Assembly: GCA_024704765.1 (NCBI GenBank)
Contig: JAKMXF010000365.1
Coordinates: forward strand, 994,131 to 1,058,130
Reading direction: 5' to 3'
Source of the DNA: Oopsacas minuta
Lineage: Eukaryota; Animalia; Porifera
Length of the DNA: 64,000 nucleotides
Shown: positions 1 through 12,389 of the stretch, in pieces
Numbering within the stretch: position 1 is the stretch's first letter
How the letters are laid out: every line of letters starts with the position of its first letter
Notes under the pieces: model-generated
The model's input: the letters and a program-made list of their open reading frames with translations, nothing else
Database searches by the model: none
Told to the model about the DNA's origin: nothing
Translations under genes and position numbers: made by a program

Positions 1-713
1 ATTTCAGAGTCTGAAAGTTATAAATTCACAGATTTATCGCATGAATAATCATATTTTCACTACCTTTTTGCATTTTATTCAAAATCATGTTAGAGATTTT
101 GTTTTAGCTGCTATTCAGGGGTAATCGAGTATTGTAGATTTCAGAGCCAACTTTTGCACAAATAAATGCTTACTAGACATATATAGTGACTAATTACTGA
201 AAACTTTCAGCATAAAATGGTTTATAATTATTTAGGCAAAAATACACCATTTCTGCAATTTAAAACTCAAATAATATTTGTTCGATCGGCTAAACTTCTA
301 TCCCAAAATCCACAATTTATTGTCAACAAGCCTTATGTATAGTAGGCTATGGGTCTGCATTAAGTAGCTCAAAATTTGAGTAGCGCATCCACTGTATTCT
401 ATATAAGGGGGTGGGTAACACAAGAGCAATTTCCTCAAACTTGTCTGAATAGAGTTAATAGACAGTTAAACAACGCTGAAATAACACTTAGGCGGTGAAA
501 AATAGAGAAAATCCGTCAATTTCTGTCTCAACAAGCTAAATAGCCTCAAATACAGCTCGTGCGCTACTCAAATCAAGCGCACACTCTTAAATATAATATA
601 TCAAACATATAATATATAAATACGCACATGATATCAAACACAGGGATACAATAATATATAGAAAACATCACTAATACATATTAAATCCAGTCAAATATAT
701 ATCAGCTGATCTC

Positions 714-1421
714 TTATAATTTTGGCAATTTGGCTTCTTCAATAAAGAAATACTTAGAGCTGACATTTGGATCATGAGATTCTAATAAATCACGAACATT
801 AGACAATAAATATGGCCTCCTTGTAATAATAGCATTGATCAGATAGGTGGGCAGATAACCCTTCAAATCACCTGAACTTACAGTAATTAATTCACAACTG
901 GTGTTAGCTTCATTGCTTATGTTTAATGTACCGCCAAATGTTGCTGATCTTACGGATCCTGGAGTGACTGGTACAAAATCGTCAGGGATAGAAGTATACA
1001 TTGTTAAACGGGTTTTTGGGTCAATAAAAGTACATTTGTAGGCGACAATTAGCTCTCTAGGAGCTATGGGCCAAGGCAAAGTGTATGAAACTCTGTATAT
1101 ATATAGTTCAGGACCAAATTCTTGTAACAACTCCACACCTGTACAATGTGAATCCATAGCCATATTATTCCTAGCATCTATCGCGTATCTCCATGCTAAT
1201 TCTGCTGGAACATTTACTGATACACGGCCCCTTGAGAGGCCATTGGTTGGGCTACCGTCAGTGGGAGTATACTTCCAGACCTCTACACCCTCAGCTGTCT
1301 CCACATACTTCCAGCCATCTGCTTCTGTAGCTTTTGTGTATTTCAGGAATTTCTCTGTGCAATTTTCCAACAGACTAGTCAGAGAAGATTTATCGATATC
1401 AACTGAGAGCTTGGCTGCCAT
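714..1421 (-). CDS. START (StAR-related lipid transfer) domain protein, copy A, 235 aa, single exon
   Basis: ATG at 1421 (MAAKLSVDIDK) aligns with the ATG of copy B. START-like features: GWK...GVEVWK, YSLPWP..PRELIV, DLKGYLPTYLIN. The ORF track's upstream extension is not conserved in the paralogue. Confidence 0.85.
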   Translation of the reverse strand: MAAKLSVDIDKSSLTSLLENCTEKFLKYTKATEADGWKYVETAEGVEVWKYTPTDGSPTNGLSRGRVSVNVPAELAWRYAIDARNNMAMDSHCTGVELLQEFGPELYIYRVSYTLPWPIAPRELIVAYKCTFIDPKTRLTMYTSIPDDFVPVTPGSVRSATFGGTLNISNEANTSCELITVSSGDLKGYLPTYLINAIITRRPYLLSNVRDLLESHDPNVSSKYFFIEEAKLPKL

Positions 1422-4400
1422 ATATAGATCACTAATATTGGAAAAGTAGAATACAATAGAAATATAATTAGTTAATTCAATGAGTAATCGTGTACGGTGA
1501 TTTGTTTGTTTGTGTACATGATTAGAGGAATTAGTATCCAGCACAAGCTGCGGAGGTACATTGTTGAAAGTCGCACACGAAAATATTCCCTGCTAACTTC
1601 ACAACCATAGTATAATTAATAATATACAAATGGCATACCAAGGTTACCAAAGTTGTACACAAGTGTCTTACTTCCACAGTCATTATGAATATACTGATTC
1701 TAGTTCCTCATAAAGCTGTGCAGCTGTTCCGCGTCAAGTAGGAATTAATGCATTGTGAAACGAACCCTGTATTTCCAACTTATTTGACAATGATAATGAT
1801 CGAATTACTCCCTAATGACATGTCTGACACTGGTCCAAGAAAAAATTCTTCACCACAATCCAAATACTAATGAAGTAACACACAAAAACCACAGTAAACG
1901 CATTTAATTAACTAGTATGCCAAATTTCTACTTGACGCGGGACATAGCTACTAATTGCTCTTTACACAATATACCTAGAATAAAGAATCATAAATAATAT
2001 TATAATAAAATGTTGTAACCAACAGAGTTCCTAGAAATCATGGATGAAAGCACGTGTAGTTACACTAAGTTTGCACGTTTACAAATTATATATTTGCCGC
2101 TAAGTAAATTTCAATTAGTTTCACAAAATTAAAGGTGGGTAACAATAGAAAGATAATTAATGTATTAGCAATATAGCTTATCGGTCTGGGGGCTACGTCC
2201 CTTTGAAAATGTACGTAGAATTTGAAAATTAATAATATGACAAAAATTCCTAAAATGCAGTGCTTCCGTATTTTATAATTCAATAAGATTATAAGATTGA
2301 ATAATTGTACCTCTGGTGTAATTGGATCGATCTTTAATAGTATCTAATCGAGATTGCGAAGGGAATACAAATTTTAAGTGTTGATGCTTAAGTGTGTCAT
2401 GGGGATATATTAGGTGAGGACAGAAGGTCCGAGGTCAAGTTGTGTGTATCGCGAGTAAAGCGGATCAATTTGTGCCAATATTGATATTATCTGAGAATGG
2501 TGAGGCATGGATATCGTTACACACAGGGGCGTAGCAAGCCGTTTCCTATTGGTCACGTTAGTCTATACAAATATATGTATATGGAGCTACCAAAAGTTTG
2601 GTTGAAACCTAACCAACTGTAGCGTCTCGTACGGATATGTACATGGGCGCAGAAAGTACCTAATGTCAGGGGGTGTACCTAATTAACTACTAGCATGGGT
2701 ATACCCTCCCTGAGTCTCTGACCCTCACAGTTTCGGCGTTCATGGTTGTAATATCATCTTGTTCTTGCAAATCAGAGTGCTGGAATAAGGAAATTGTACA
2801 GTAGCTAAAATACAAAGCAGCAATACTCGTTGCTTTACTGGCCAGGAGGAGTATGCCCTTCCTGATTGTTTCCTCAGTCAGGAGGTAATACCACCCTGGC
2901 AAAAACCAGAGTGTCAAACCCCCCCTAACCATGTAACAACTTATAAACGCTAAGCTTTCATGAAGGTGTACTATACGTATATCACATACAAAAAGTGCAG
3001 GATGTGCTCCTAGAATAAGGAAAATTAGAATTTGTTGTTGGGTTAGATGCCTATTAATATAGTAATTATACTAGTGATGTATTATTGGGTTTCATTGTCG
3101 TATTAGTTTAGAGGCTTGATTGTGAAATTAGGTCACTATTACACAAAGCCTTAATTATTCAATGATTAGCTGCATATCATCCTTCTTTTATAGAAAGAAA
3201 GGATGGATTAACTAAATTGGCATCTCATATGTTGCAAGATTCCCGAGATGAATCCAAAGAATATTTTATGAATGAATTAAATGTCAGAGCTGAGCCTGTG
3301 ACGAAACCCATGTTATGATGATTTACAGATAACTCTCTATAATCACAAAAACTATTTCATAACAGTAATCAATGTAAAGTTGGAAAACAAACATAGCATA
3401 CAAATTGAATAGCAAAATTTGCATTTTATGATTGTCCCCTACACAAAATAACTAATTTTTTTTCACATTTCTGTACAAAGCTAGTGTGACGATTGTGTAC
3501 AGACAGAGCAACGTTAGTGTACAAATATATGGTACATAAGTGCAGTATGATTGTACACAAAAGTCGCACTAGCTTTGTAAAATTATGACAATCGTGAAAT
3601 AGTGAGATAAAAATCCAAATAATCACCAATTATAACAAATATTCATAACTAATCCAATCAATACACCATTCACCAAGTAGATGTAGATTGAAAATACCCA
3701 ATTTTACAACCAGGAGATAGTCAGACATCCGGATAACATCCAGCATTTAGGAGCAATATTTACACTAATCCAAGGTAAAAAAAGCTAATGCAACCTTTGT
3801 GTACAGATATATCTATATTATTAAAACTCCATTATTGTGTGTTCGTTTGTCCACTTTGTATTGTAATAATAGGGGAAGATGATCTGCGTATATAAAATAG
3901 AGAATAAAATAGCCTTCTGTTGACGATATGGGAAAGGTAAACAATTACATTAGGGTAATCGAGTATGTTGATTGCGAATATGATATTGTAAACAACATGT
4001 GATGAATATTTTTATTATATGATTAATCACATTTTCACACCTCTCGGATGATAATTCAAACGATGCTAGAGAATTCGTTGCAACGGCATTATGGGATAAT
4101 CAGGTACGCTGATTCCGAATTTCGCCCTTTCAATGTACTCATTGGTAAATAATAGTTGGTCTTATGAAAATATTCGAGGCATGAAGTGTCAAGTTCATGC
4201 GAAAACTCTAAGCCGCCTAGAGCGAGCAATTTATTGCTATATGGGGAAACTTCTTACACATATGTACGACTGTACTTATATAGTACGTGTATAAATTCCA
4301 GAGTGTGGAGTTTCTCAAACGTTTTAATGAACTTAAAGGAAGCTTTAGTACGAAGGATAAATACTTGGCTACGCACAATCACCAACCAAGTTCGCCTCAA

Positions 4401-5092
4401 CTCTTCTATTACACTCAGTGCCGGATAAATTACATAGGAGCCCTGGAGTTTATACAAGGACCCCCTTTTTACAAGTAACATTACAAATTTGAATTGAAAT
4501 TCGCGCTTCGCGGATAATAAGAAGAAATGCAAAATTTGATTTCAGGGTCTGTTATTACAGTGTAGCTGATGAGAACAATTCTCTACCAATATTTTGAGAT
4601 TTGAATATTTTGTTCACTTAATAGTTAATACATAGTTATGCGAAATCTCTGATTGAGAAACTCTAATTCAATGCCGATACCCTCCTTTCCTTGACAACAA
4701 ATAAACACACATATAACATTGAGCTTAATAATATCGATCCTTGTATTCTTGGGAATATTGCCTGTAATTAATTAAATAAATTCGACACCAGCTTATTTAA
4801 CCCATTCAGTCTTTCCTCTTTCTATGAAAGAAGGATGATTACAGCTATATTGGATAATTAACGCTTTGTATTTTATAAATGTATATTCTTGATCTATTTA
4901 CACAATCGAATCACAAGACTAATTTAACCATCCTTGTAATTATTACTCTACTTTCAAGTATATAAATACTTAATTAATAGGCATCTTAGCTAAGAACAAT
5001 TTATTAATTCTCTAATCAAGGAGGAATCTAAAGCCCTATACCTTCTGTTTATGATATACATACTAGTAAACCTTCATTTTATAGGATATACG

Positions 5093-5190
5093 TTAGGGCG
5101 ACCATTATACAGGATTTATCTTGGACACTACAGGATTTTCGGCAAATTTCATATTTGTCCAGGGTTGTAATGCACAAGTACAGGATTCTT
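5093..5190 (+). mobile_element. Probable hAT (Blackjack/Tip100-like) element end with TACAGGATT subterminal repeats
   Basis: TAGGGCGACCAT resembles hAT TAGGGTGACCA termini and is followed by several tacaggatt copies. No partner TIR found. Confidence 0.35.
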
Positions 5191-5816
5191 GAGTTAAAAT
5201 TTTGAATATGAATTAAGTGATTAAGGATCCATGCCCTTGAGGATGTAGTTGAATATACCCTAAGTACGATTGTTACACATAATAACTCATTTTACGGCCT
5301 GCATACAGCTATTAATATATAATCTTGATTACACATAGCTATTCCATTTACTTTTCAGAAAATATACAGGAACTTTTTAATCTGGCTATCAATACAAGCA
5401 GCAACCATGATCTTAAACGAGATTCATGATATTTCTATTACAAATTAAAACTCCATTTTATAGTTTTATACATATATGCTCAAATGTACAGGATTAAGAC
5501 CTAATCATGCCATTAACTCAAACATACAGTGATCAGAGGGAGATATTTTATGTAAAGAGATATTTGTGCCATAGATATTTTTCCAGAGTATTTTAATGCA
5601 TTGTTCGAGTTCCAGGGAGGAAATTTCCGCCATTTCACACAAAAGTTGCACTAGTTTAGTATTGTCATACTTCCACAATGATTTTAAACATACAATTCCA
5701 GTTCCTCAATAAATCTTCTACATAAACTAACAAGTCCACAGTACACGATTACTCATTGAGTTTAGTAGCATATCATATTCCAATTGTATTCAAAAAAACT
5801 TAATAGTGCTCTATAT

Positions 5817-6524
5817 ATGGCAGCCAAGCTCTCAGTTGATATCGATAAATCTTCTCTGACTAGTCTGTTGGAAAATTGCACAGAGAAATTCCTGAAATAC
5901 ACAAAGGCCACAGAAGCAGATGGCTGGAAGTATGCTAACACGGAGAATGGTGTAGAGGTGTGGAAGTATTCTCCCACTGACGGTAGCCCAACCAATGGCC
6001 TCGCAAGAGGACGTATACCAGTAAAAGTTCCACCAGAATTAGCATGGAGATATGTGATAGATGCTAGAAATAATATGGCTATGGATTCACATTGTACAGG
6101 TGTGGAGTTGTTACAAGAATTTGGTCCTGAACTATATATATACAGAATTTCATACTCTTTGCCTTGGCCCATAACTCCTAGAGAGTTAATTGTTGCTTAC
6201 AATTGTACTTTTATTGACCCAAAAACCCGTTTAACTTTGTTTACTTCTATTCCTGAAGAATTTGTACCAGTCACTCCAGGATTCGTGAGAGCAGAATCAT
6301 TCGGCGGCATTTTGAACATAAGTAATGAAGCTAACACCAGTTGTGAATTAATTTCTGTAAGTTCAGGTGATTTGAAGGGTTATCTGCCCACCTATCTGAT
6401 CAATGCTATTATTACAAGGAGGCCATATTTATTGTCTAAAGTTCGTGATTTATTAGAATCTCATGATCCAAATGTCAGCTCTAAGTATTTCTTTATTGAA
6501 GAAGCCAAATTGCCCAAACTATAA
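5817..6524 (+). CDS. START domain protein, copy B, 235 aa, single exon
   Basis: Same length as copy A and highly similar, with an identical C-terminus (RDLLESHDPNVSSKYFFIEEAKLPKL). The 3' flank (gagatcagctgatatatatttgactggattt) is shared with copy A. Confidence 0.85.
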   Translation: MAAKLSVDIDKSSLTSLLENCTEKFLKYTKATEADGWKYANTENGVEVWKYSPTDGSPTNGLARGRIPVKVPPELAWRYVIDARNNMAMDSHCTGVELLQEFGPELYIYRISYSLPWPITPRELIVAYNCTFIDPKTRLTLFTSIPEEFVPVTPGFVRAESFGGILNISNEANTSCELISVSSGDLKGYLPTYLINAIITRRPYLLSKVRDLLESHDPNVSSKYFFIEEAKLPKL

Positions 6525-6984
6525 GAGATCAGCTGATATATATTTGACTGGATTTACATATTTAGTGATATTTCTATTATTGTATACTCACATGTGTGTT
6601 GATATATTCTATTGTATGTTAAGTATATTGTTTCCTTCTAAGTTGCAACTGTACCAGACCATTATGTATCCTAAGTTATATGGTAGCAAACGGATTTAGC
6701 CTTCAACCAGTTGAGTAACTTGTTATAATTGTCATATTTATCTGAGATGAGATGTTTTTATGTTATTTTACAGGTTTCAAAATACAATGTTCAGTCGACC
6801 TACTGGTAGTGCAGCTCCTGGTCTTTTTTATTTTGTCGAACGAAATTACCGGATAGCTTCATATCTTTGATTTCTTTTCCTAAAGGCAAAATATACATGG
6901 TTGTTTGTTTCGATTGCCTTGTTAAATAGTATTCATGGGTTATTTGGCTGTTAGAGTAATATGTTGTTTTGTGAATCATATTCA

Positions 6985-7211
6985 GCTAATTCTGGTAGAA
7001 CTTTTACTGATACACGGCCTCTTGAGAGGCCATTGGTTGGGCTACCGTCAGTGGGAGAATACTTCCACACCTCTACACCATTCTCCGTGTTAGCATACTT
7101 CCAGCCATCTGCTTCTGTGGCCTTTGTGTATTTCAGGAATTTCTCTGTGCAATTTTCCAACAGACTAGTCAGAGAAGATTTATCGATATCAACTGAGAGC
7201 TTGGCTGCCAT
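6985..7211 (-). pseudogene. Truncated START paralogue, copy C (about 76 codons)
   Basis: Homology stops abruptly after KVLPELA and runs into unrelated sequence and a stop. Confidence 0.85.
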
Positions 7212-7870
7212 ATATAGAGCACTATTAAGTTTTTTTGAATACAATTGGAATATGATATGCTACTAAACTCAATGAGTAATCGTGTACTGTGGACTTGTTA
7301 GTTTATGTAGAAGATTTATTGAGGAACTGGAATTGTATGTTTAAAATCATTGTGGAAGTATGACAATACTAAACTAGTGCAACTTTTGTGTGAAATGGCG
7401 GAAATTTCCTCCCTGGAACTCGAACAATGCATTAAAATACCCTGGAATTACATCTATGGCACAAATGTCTCTTTACACGAATATCTTCCTCCATTACTGA
7501 AGTATGAATATATCAAATACTTTAAGGAATTGCTAAGATCTAGCAACATACGTATTATATATGCCTGCAGGATATTTCGTGACTGTAATTACAAAATTTA
7601 ATTCTGTTGTTAGAAGCATCAATGCCATGTAGCTACTAATTGTTCTTTACTCAATACGAGTGAGCAACGCTTGCTAGCGCTGCACTGCTTGCGATACTTT
7701 TTCTGTGAAATTCTTACAATAAAGAACAATAAAAATATAAATTCTCGTCCCCAGCTCCGGTATCTTGAAATTTATGAATGAGAAACAAGTACTTGTAATT
7801 TCCTTTACATAAACTCGATTTTGAATATATAATTTTAAATAATATGAATATGTCTAAAATACAGTACATA

Positions 7871-8094
7871 CCGTAGTACCTCGAATAATAGCTGGGACGA
7901 TTATTGATTTCAATCCCCTTAAGAGGGAAGCTTTGAATTTTGTAAACACGATAATTTCTATATAATCATACCTATATGGTTGCATTATGTGTATTTATCC
8001 TAACAAACAGTAGATTGACCAAATAAAGGGCAATAACGATTCACTTAAAAGCAGTTTTTTTTAGCTTCGGGGGGCTAATTTCGAGGTAATACGG
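7871..8094. mobile_element. Tc1/mariner (pogo-like) MITE, about 224 bp
   Basis: TA|CCGTAGTACCTCGAA at the left and TTCGAGGTAATACGG|TA at the right form imperfect TIRs with TA flanks. Confidence 0.6.
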
Positions 8095-9480
8095 TATAAT
8101 ATGATTCTACAACTATTTTTATTATGATATTAAGTTATAAATACAACATCATGAGCGTAGCAAGCTCATAAATGCTGTCTGACCACCACCAGTATAATAA
8201 TGCAACCTGCCCTGCTCTGGACCCATCAGTAATAGAACTCACAGTATTTACAAAAATGGTTCGGCCCTGAACATGGCGTGACATTTGCCCTTTAGGCCAT
8301 TATCGTTAATTGTATATAGTAGGGTTAGCAAGGGGGAAATACAAAAAAACTTACAGCACTAGAGAGGCAGTATAGAAATAATAATTTTTTATTGTGGCTA
8401 AGGTGCCTATTATTAATATTGTAAAATAATTCAAAAGGTAAACTGTGTATAATTAAAGGGAGGAAGCTTGATAAATGGATATGTAAATCGAGTCTTAATA
8501 CTACTGATACTACATAGGAAAAACTTCAAATTCGCTAAGAGAGCAATGAATAAAGATAAATATACAATGGTAGGTCAACAGTTAATCATGAATTCAAAGT
8601 AAACGTATTTGTATAGTGAAAGATTGTAGATAACGCCGGTAATGTAGTATTAACCGTATTATGTGTAATGATTGTATGGTTTGCTTATAATTTAAGTTTG
8701 ATGCTTCGAAAATTCAAATAGTCTAGGCGCGTAAGTTAAATCGAGAACTCATTTAGGCGCGCTACATAAAAACCCGGAAGAAGCTCTGAGTACGCTGAAT
8801 CCGAATTTCGCATTTTCAAGTTTCTCATATGTAAATTTATTGTTGTTTTTATTGAATATCAAGTAAACAAATTAGCAAAATCTCAAAATTTACTTAGTCA
8901 CTTGCTATCAACGGCTACAAAGGGGGACAAATGAATAACTGTATCCGCAGCTGATGCTTTGTTGACAATTATCCTAAAACATCCTAAGAGGTAATAAATA
9001 TAAAAGAGATCAATTAATGGAATAAACTTTGAAGACATTTGATGATCCCGTTCAATACTTTAGAAATATAAGTTATATTAGTTTATCTGAGAATCCAGAA
9101 TTAACAGCAGGTGATCAATTTCGAGAATCCTAAATATAAATTCTGCCTCATGCAATAACCTCGTCGTGAATCTATAAAATTAATTTATTCAAAATACCAT
9201 AATTTGCAATATTCCTCAATCAAGTGTTCACATTAACCCTTCTTTGATAATAATACACACATTTATACGATTTAAACTAAGATCGCATGAAGCATAATAT
9301 CGCTTATAAATCATATAATTAGAATTCGTATTAACACCCTAACCTTTTAATGAGTGCCATATGAGTACAATCTGAGCCAAATAAGTGCTCAATACCAGTC
9401 ATCCAGTGAGTTGTAAATAGCTTCGCTTATTATAAATAAGAGCATTAATTAATTGTTTGAATATATGTCTGTATTCTCCA

Positions 9481-10677
9481 ATGGGAAGCAAAGCTGAAGA
9501 AACATATTCGAAACATATTCATCGGTATAATTTCAAGTTTATCATTGAAGAACCAGAAAAAATTGGGAATGGAATTAATGCTTTTTTGGTGTACATTGTC
9601 AGGTATGAGACAAATCTTCCCTCTTTCACTCAGTCGCAAAATAGTGTAAGAAGAAGATACAGCGATTTTCTTAAGCTCTTCATGGATTTGTCATCAAGAT
9701 ATGCAAGATTTGGGCACATAATCCCAACAGCTCCAGAAAAATCCCTTCAAACATTGACTAAGGTTAAATTAGGGAAGAATCTCGAAGCAATTAATTGTGA
9801 AGTATTCCTGGAAAAGAGGCGTGGTGCATTAGAGAGATTTTTAAACAGAATTGGAGCTCATCCCGTGCTCTGTCTAGACAGTGGATTCAAGAACTTTTTG
9901 GAAGCAGAAGGAGATTTACCCAGAACAAGAGAAACAGCTATGATCAGTAAAGAAGGCATCAGGAGAATGGTCAAGGATGTGGGAGATCATTTTCCTAAAA
10001 TGGGAAAGAGATCGACAGAGACTGATATGTGGTTTGAGATGAAACAGACTCAGTTCGATAACTTGGAAATGCAAATGAAAAAGTTAGCGAGAGCAATTGA
10101 TCATCTGGTTTTAGAGAGACAGAAGTTATGTGATGCCTGTTTCACATTTTCAAAAGATTTAACTGTGTTAGGACAAGTGGAAACTAAATCTGAGATATGC
10201 GTTTCAATTCAAGCTTTGTCTGATTTGGAGTTTAAAATGGGAGAATTTAACCAGCAGCAATGGAAACTAGAATTCCTGCTACTTGGAGAACTGATTAAAG
10301 ATTACCTTGGATTAATTAGTTCTATTAAAAAGTGTTTCGTTGAGAGAGCTCGCATTTTTAAATCTTGGCAGAGATTACAAGGTGCTCTGATACTCTCAAG
10401 AGAAAAAGAAGGGAAATTCCAAGTCCAAGGCAAGCCAGAAAAACTGATCATAATTCAAGCAGAAATTACTTCTATCTCCCAACAAGCATTAGAAAACGAG
10501 GATTTATATGATAGAATTTCTGAAAATATAGCTGAAGAAATTGAAAACTTTGAATCACAGAAATCTGTGGATTTCAAAGCAACAATCAAACGTTACCTAC
10601 AATGCCTTTTGGATCAGCAAGAGCAAATAGTGAAATGTTGGCAAGGTTTCCAGCCTGCTTTACTTAGGATGATGTAG
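9481..10677 (+). CDS. SNX1/SNX2: Sorting nexin 1/2 (Vps5-type PX-BAR), single exon
   Basis: PX motifs (VRRRYSDFLKL, IIPTAPEKS, EKRRGALERFLNRI..HPVL) followed by a helical BAR domain ending in KCWQGFQP. ATG at 9481. Confidence 0.9.
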   Translation: MGSKAEETYSKHIHRYNFKFIIEEPEKIGNGINAFLVYIVRYETNLPSFTQSQNSVRRRYSDFLKLFMDLSSRYARFGHIIPTAPEKSLQTLTKVKLGKNLEAINCEVFLEKRRGALERFLNRIGAHPVLCLDSGFKNFLEAEGDLPRTRETAMISKEGIRRMVKDVGDHFPKMGKRSTETDMWFEMKQTQFDNLEMQMKKLARAIDHLVLERQKLCDACFTFSKDLTVLGQVETKSEICVSIQALSDLEFKMGEFNQQQWKLEFLLLGELIKDYLGLISSIKKCFVERARIFKSWQRLQGALILSREKEGKFQVQGKPEKLIIIQAEITSISQQALENEDLYDRISENIAEEIENFESQKSVDFKATIKRYLQCLLDQQEQIVKCWQGFQPALLRMM

Positions 10678-11559
10678 TTACATTCTCATATTGTTCATTT
10701 ATTTATATAGTTATCTTACAAACTAATTATAGTGTAATAATTACTCTTCTTTGGATATTGACAAAAACATGTTAGTCATAATACAACATGTAATGTATTG
10801 TACTCTTGTGTTTTGTTTCAAAAGTCGGTAGTAATAAATATTTCCTCATTAATAATATTATTAAATTTATCAATAAGATCCACTTTCTAATAAATAATGC
10901 ATACATACATACAACGGCCATTGGTCACCTATCACCAGTGGCTTTATTAAAATCTCTATCCAACAGTCACCCTTATTCCCTAGTTACCCGATTAGATCTA
11001 CGAATAACACTACAATAGAGTGAATAGACTGAACTAACAATTTACTTTTATAAGTTGCATGTTTGTAATACGATGTGGAGACTGGGTTATATCTGCAAAT
11101 ATCCAACCCAAATTAAATGTTTATTTCTATGTACAATTTTTATATTAATCGGCACTGCTAGATTTCGCGCGGAAGGATATAAGTGCAAACCTCGAAGGCT
11201 CAGACATCATCCATGTCATTGGGGCGTCTACCTGTAGAAAATGCACTAAAAGTCGATCGACAAACAACAAAGTCCAATTTGGATATATATGACAAACTAG
11301 AAAAATGCAAAATAGGAATCAGCGTACATTGTCTCATGATCCCACCTGTGTATCCTTTAATATTATACCTGTTGAGATCAGATCTCTACCATTATTCAAG
11401 ATTACAATTATATGCTTACTTTATATTCATAAAAACAACAATAATTTTACACACAAGACTGCACTAAAAGGTGTTGGACTGTCACGCTATAGTTGGCCCG
11501 CAGCTATAAATGGTGCAGTCGTATATTTGATCCGCCAAATGTATTTGTTTGCTAACCCG

Positions 11560-11665
11560 CCTAACCGAATATCGAATACTGATGTTCGGGAGGCAGCCAA
11601 ATATTAAACTATTTGGCAAATACATTTGGTTAAAACGAATACTGAACTTTTCGGTTACAACCCTG
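11560..11665. mobile_element. Probable hAT terminal remnant
   Basis: Ends in ttcggttacaaccctg (reverse complement CAGGGTTGTAACCGAA), with accgaata/tcgaata subterminal repeats typical of Ac-like ends. Confidence 0.4.
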
Positions 11666-12195
11666 ACTTTTAATAAATTTCAGAATTACAAATATCATAG
11701 ACTATGTAATTCATAAAATAGGATCTTGCACTAATCCCTGGGAATCTCTTAGCTACAGTACAAATAGATAGGAAAATCCATAAATATTACAATTAGAAGG
11801 TTTAATAGGAACTAATTCTGACCTACTTTGAGGGGACCAAATATAGAATGACAGGACCTGGCTCCACCTACTCGTATACGGGCTATACTGCTGATATATA
11901 ATACTATATATTTATGTCTCATTCTAAGTTCCCTCATTGGTGTATGGCACCAGAGGCGGAAATTTTAGAGACCACTATGGGCATAGAATGTTATGACAAT
12001 TCCTACCAATATAAGCATTTTCTAGTCATTACGTGTACTAAGTTACTAACCAAGCTACTAGTAGTAGCAAGCAGATTTCAATTGGTCAGGCTGACCTATG
12101 CAAAATATATGGAACCCCCAAATGTTGGACGTTTGAAAAGAGTTACAGTGGGGATAAAATTTTGATTTCCATAACTATCGTTGTTTATGACTATA

Positions 12196-12260
12196 CAGTA
12201 GAACTCGTAGACGTACTATTTTTGTCTCACGAGGGGGTATGTCTTATCTCAGTTCTACTG
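12196..12260. mobile_element. 65-bp pogo/Tigger-like mini-MITE
   Basis: TA|CAGTAGAACT ... AGTTCTACTG|TA: perfect 10-bp TIRs with TA flanks. Confidence 0.55.
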
Positions 12261-12389
12261 TATCTCGATTTGTACATCTCATAGGACAGTTTTGATTCCC
12301 CATCACACATATAGTTATAAATATAAAAGAGAATCCAATCAATAAATACAATTATTATTTAAATCACAAAACTATAGAGGTTCATTCTT

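Larger units (their letters stand above)
5540..7490. repeat. Inverted duplication: about 5540-6043 vs 6985-7490 (promoter plus 5' third of the START gene)
   Basis: 7212-7490 is the reverse complement of 5540-5816, and 6985-7211 is the reverse complement of the first ~76 codons of copy B. Near-identical over most of the arm. Confidence 0.9.

Noticed and set aside
1066-1449. Antisense ORFs over START copies (also 5762-6172, 6961-7266)
   Set aside because: Shadows of the conserved sense CDS, with no independent features.
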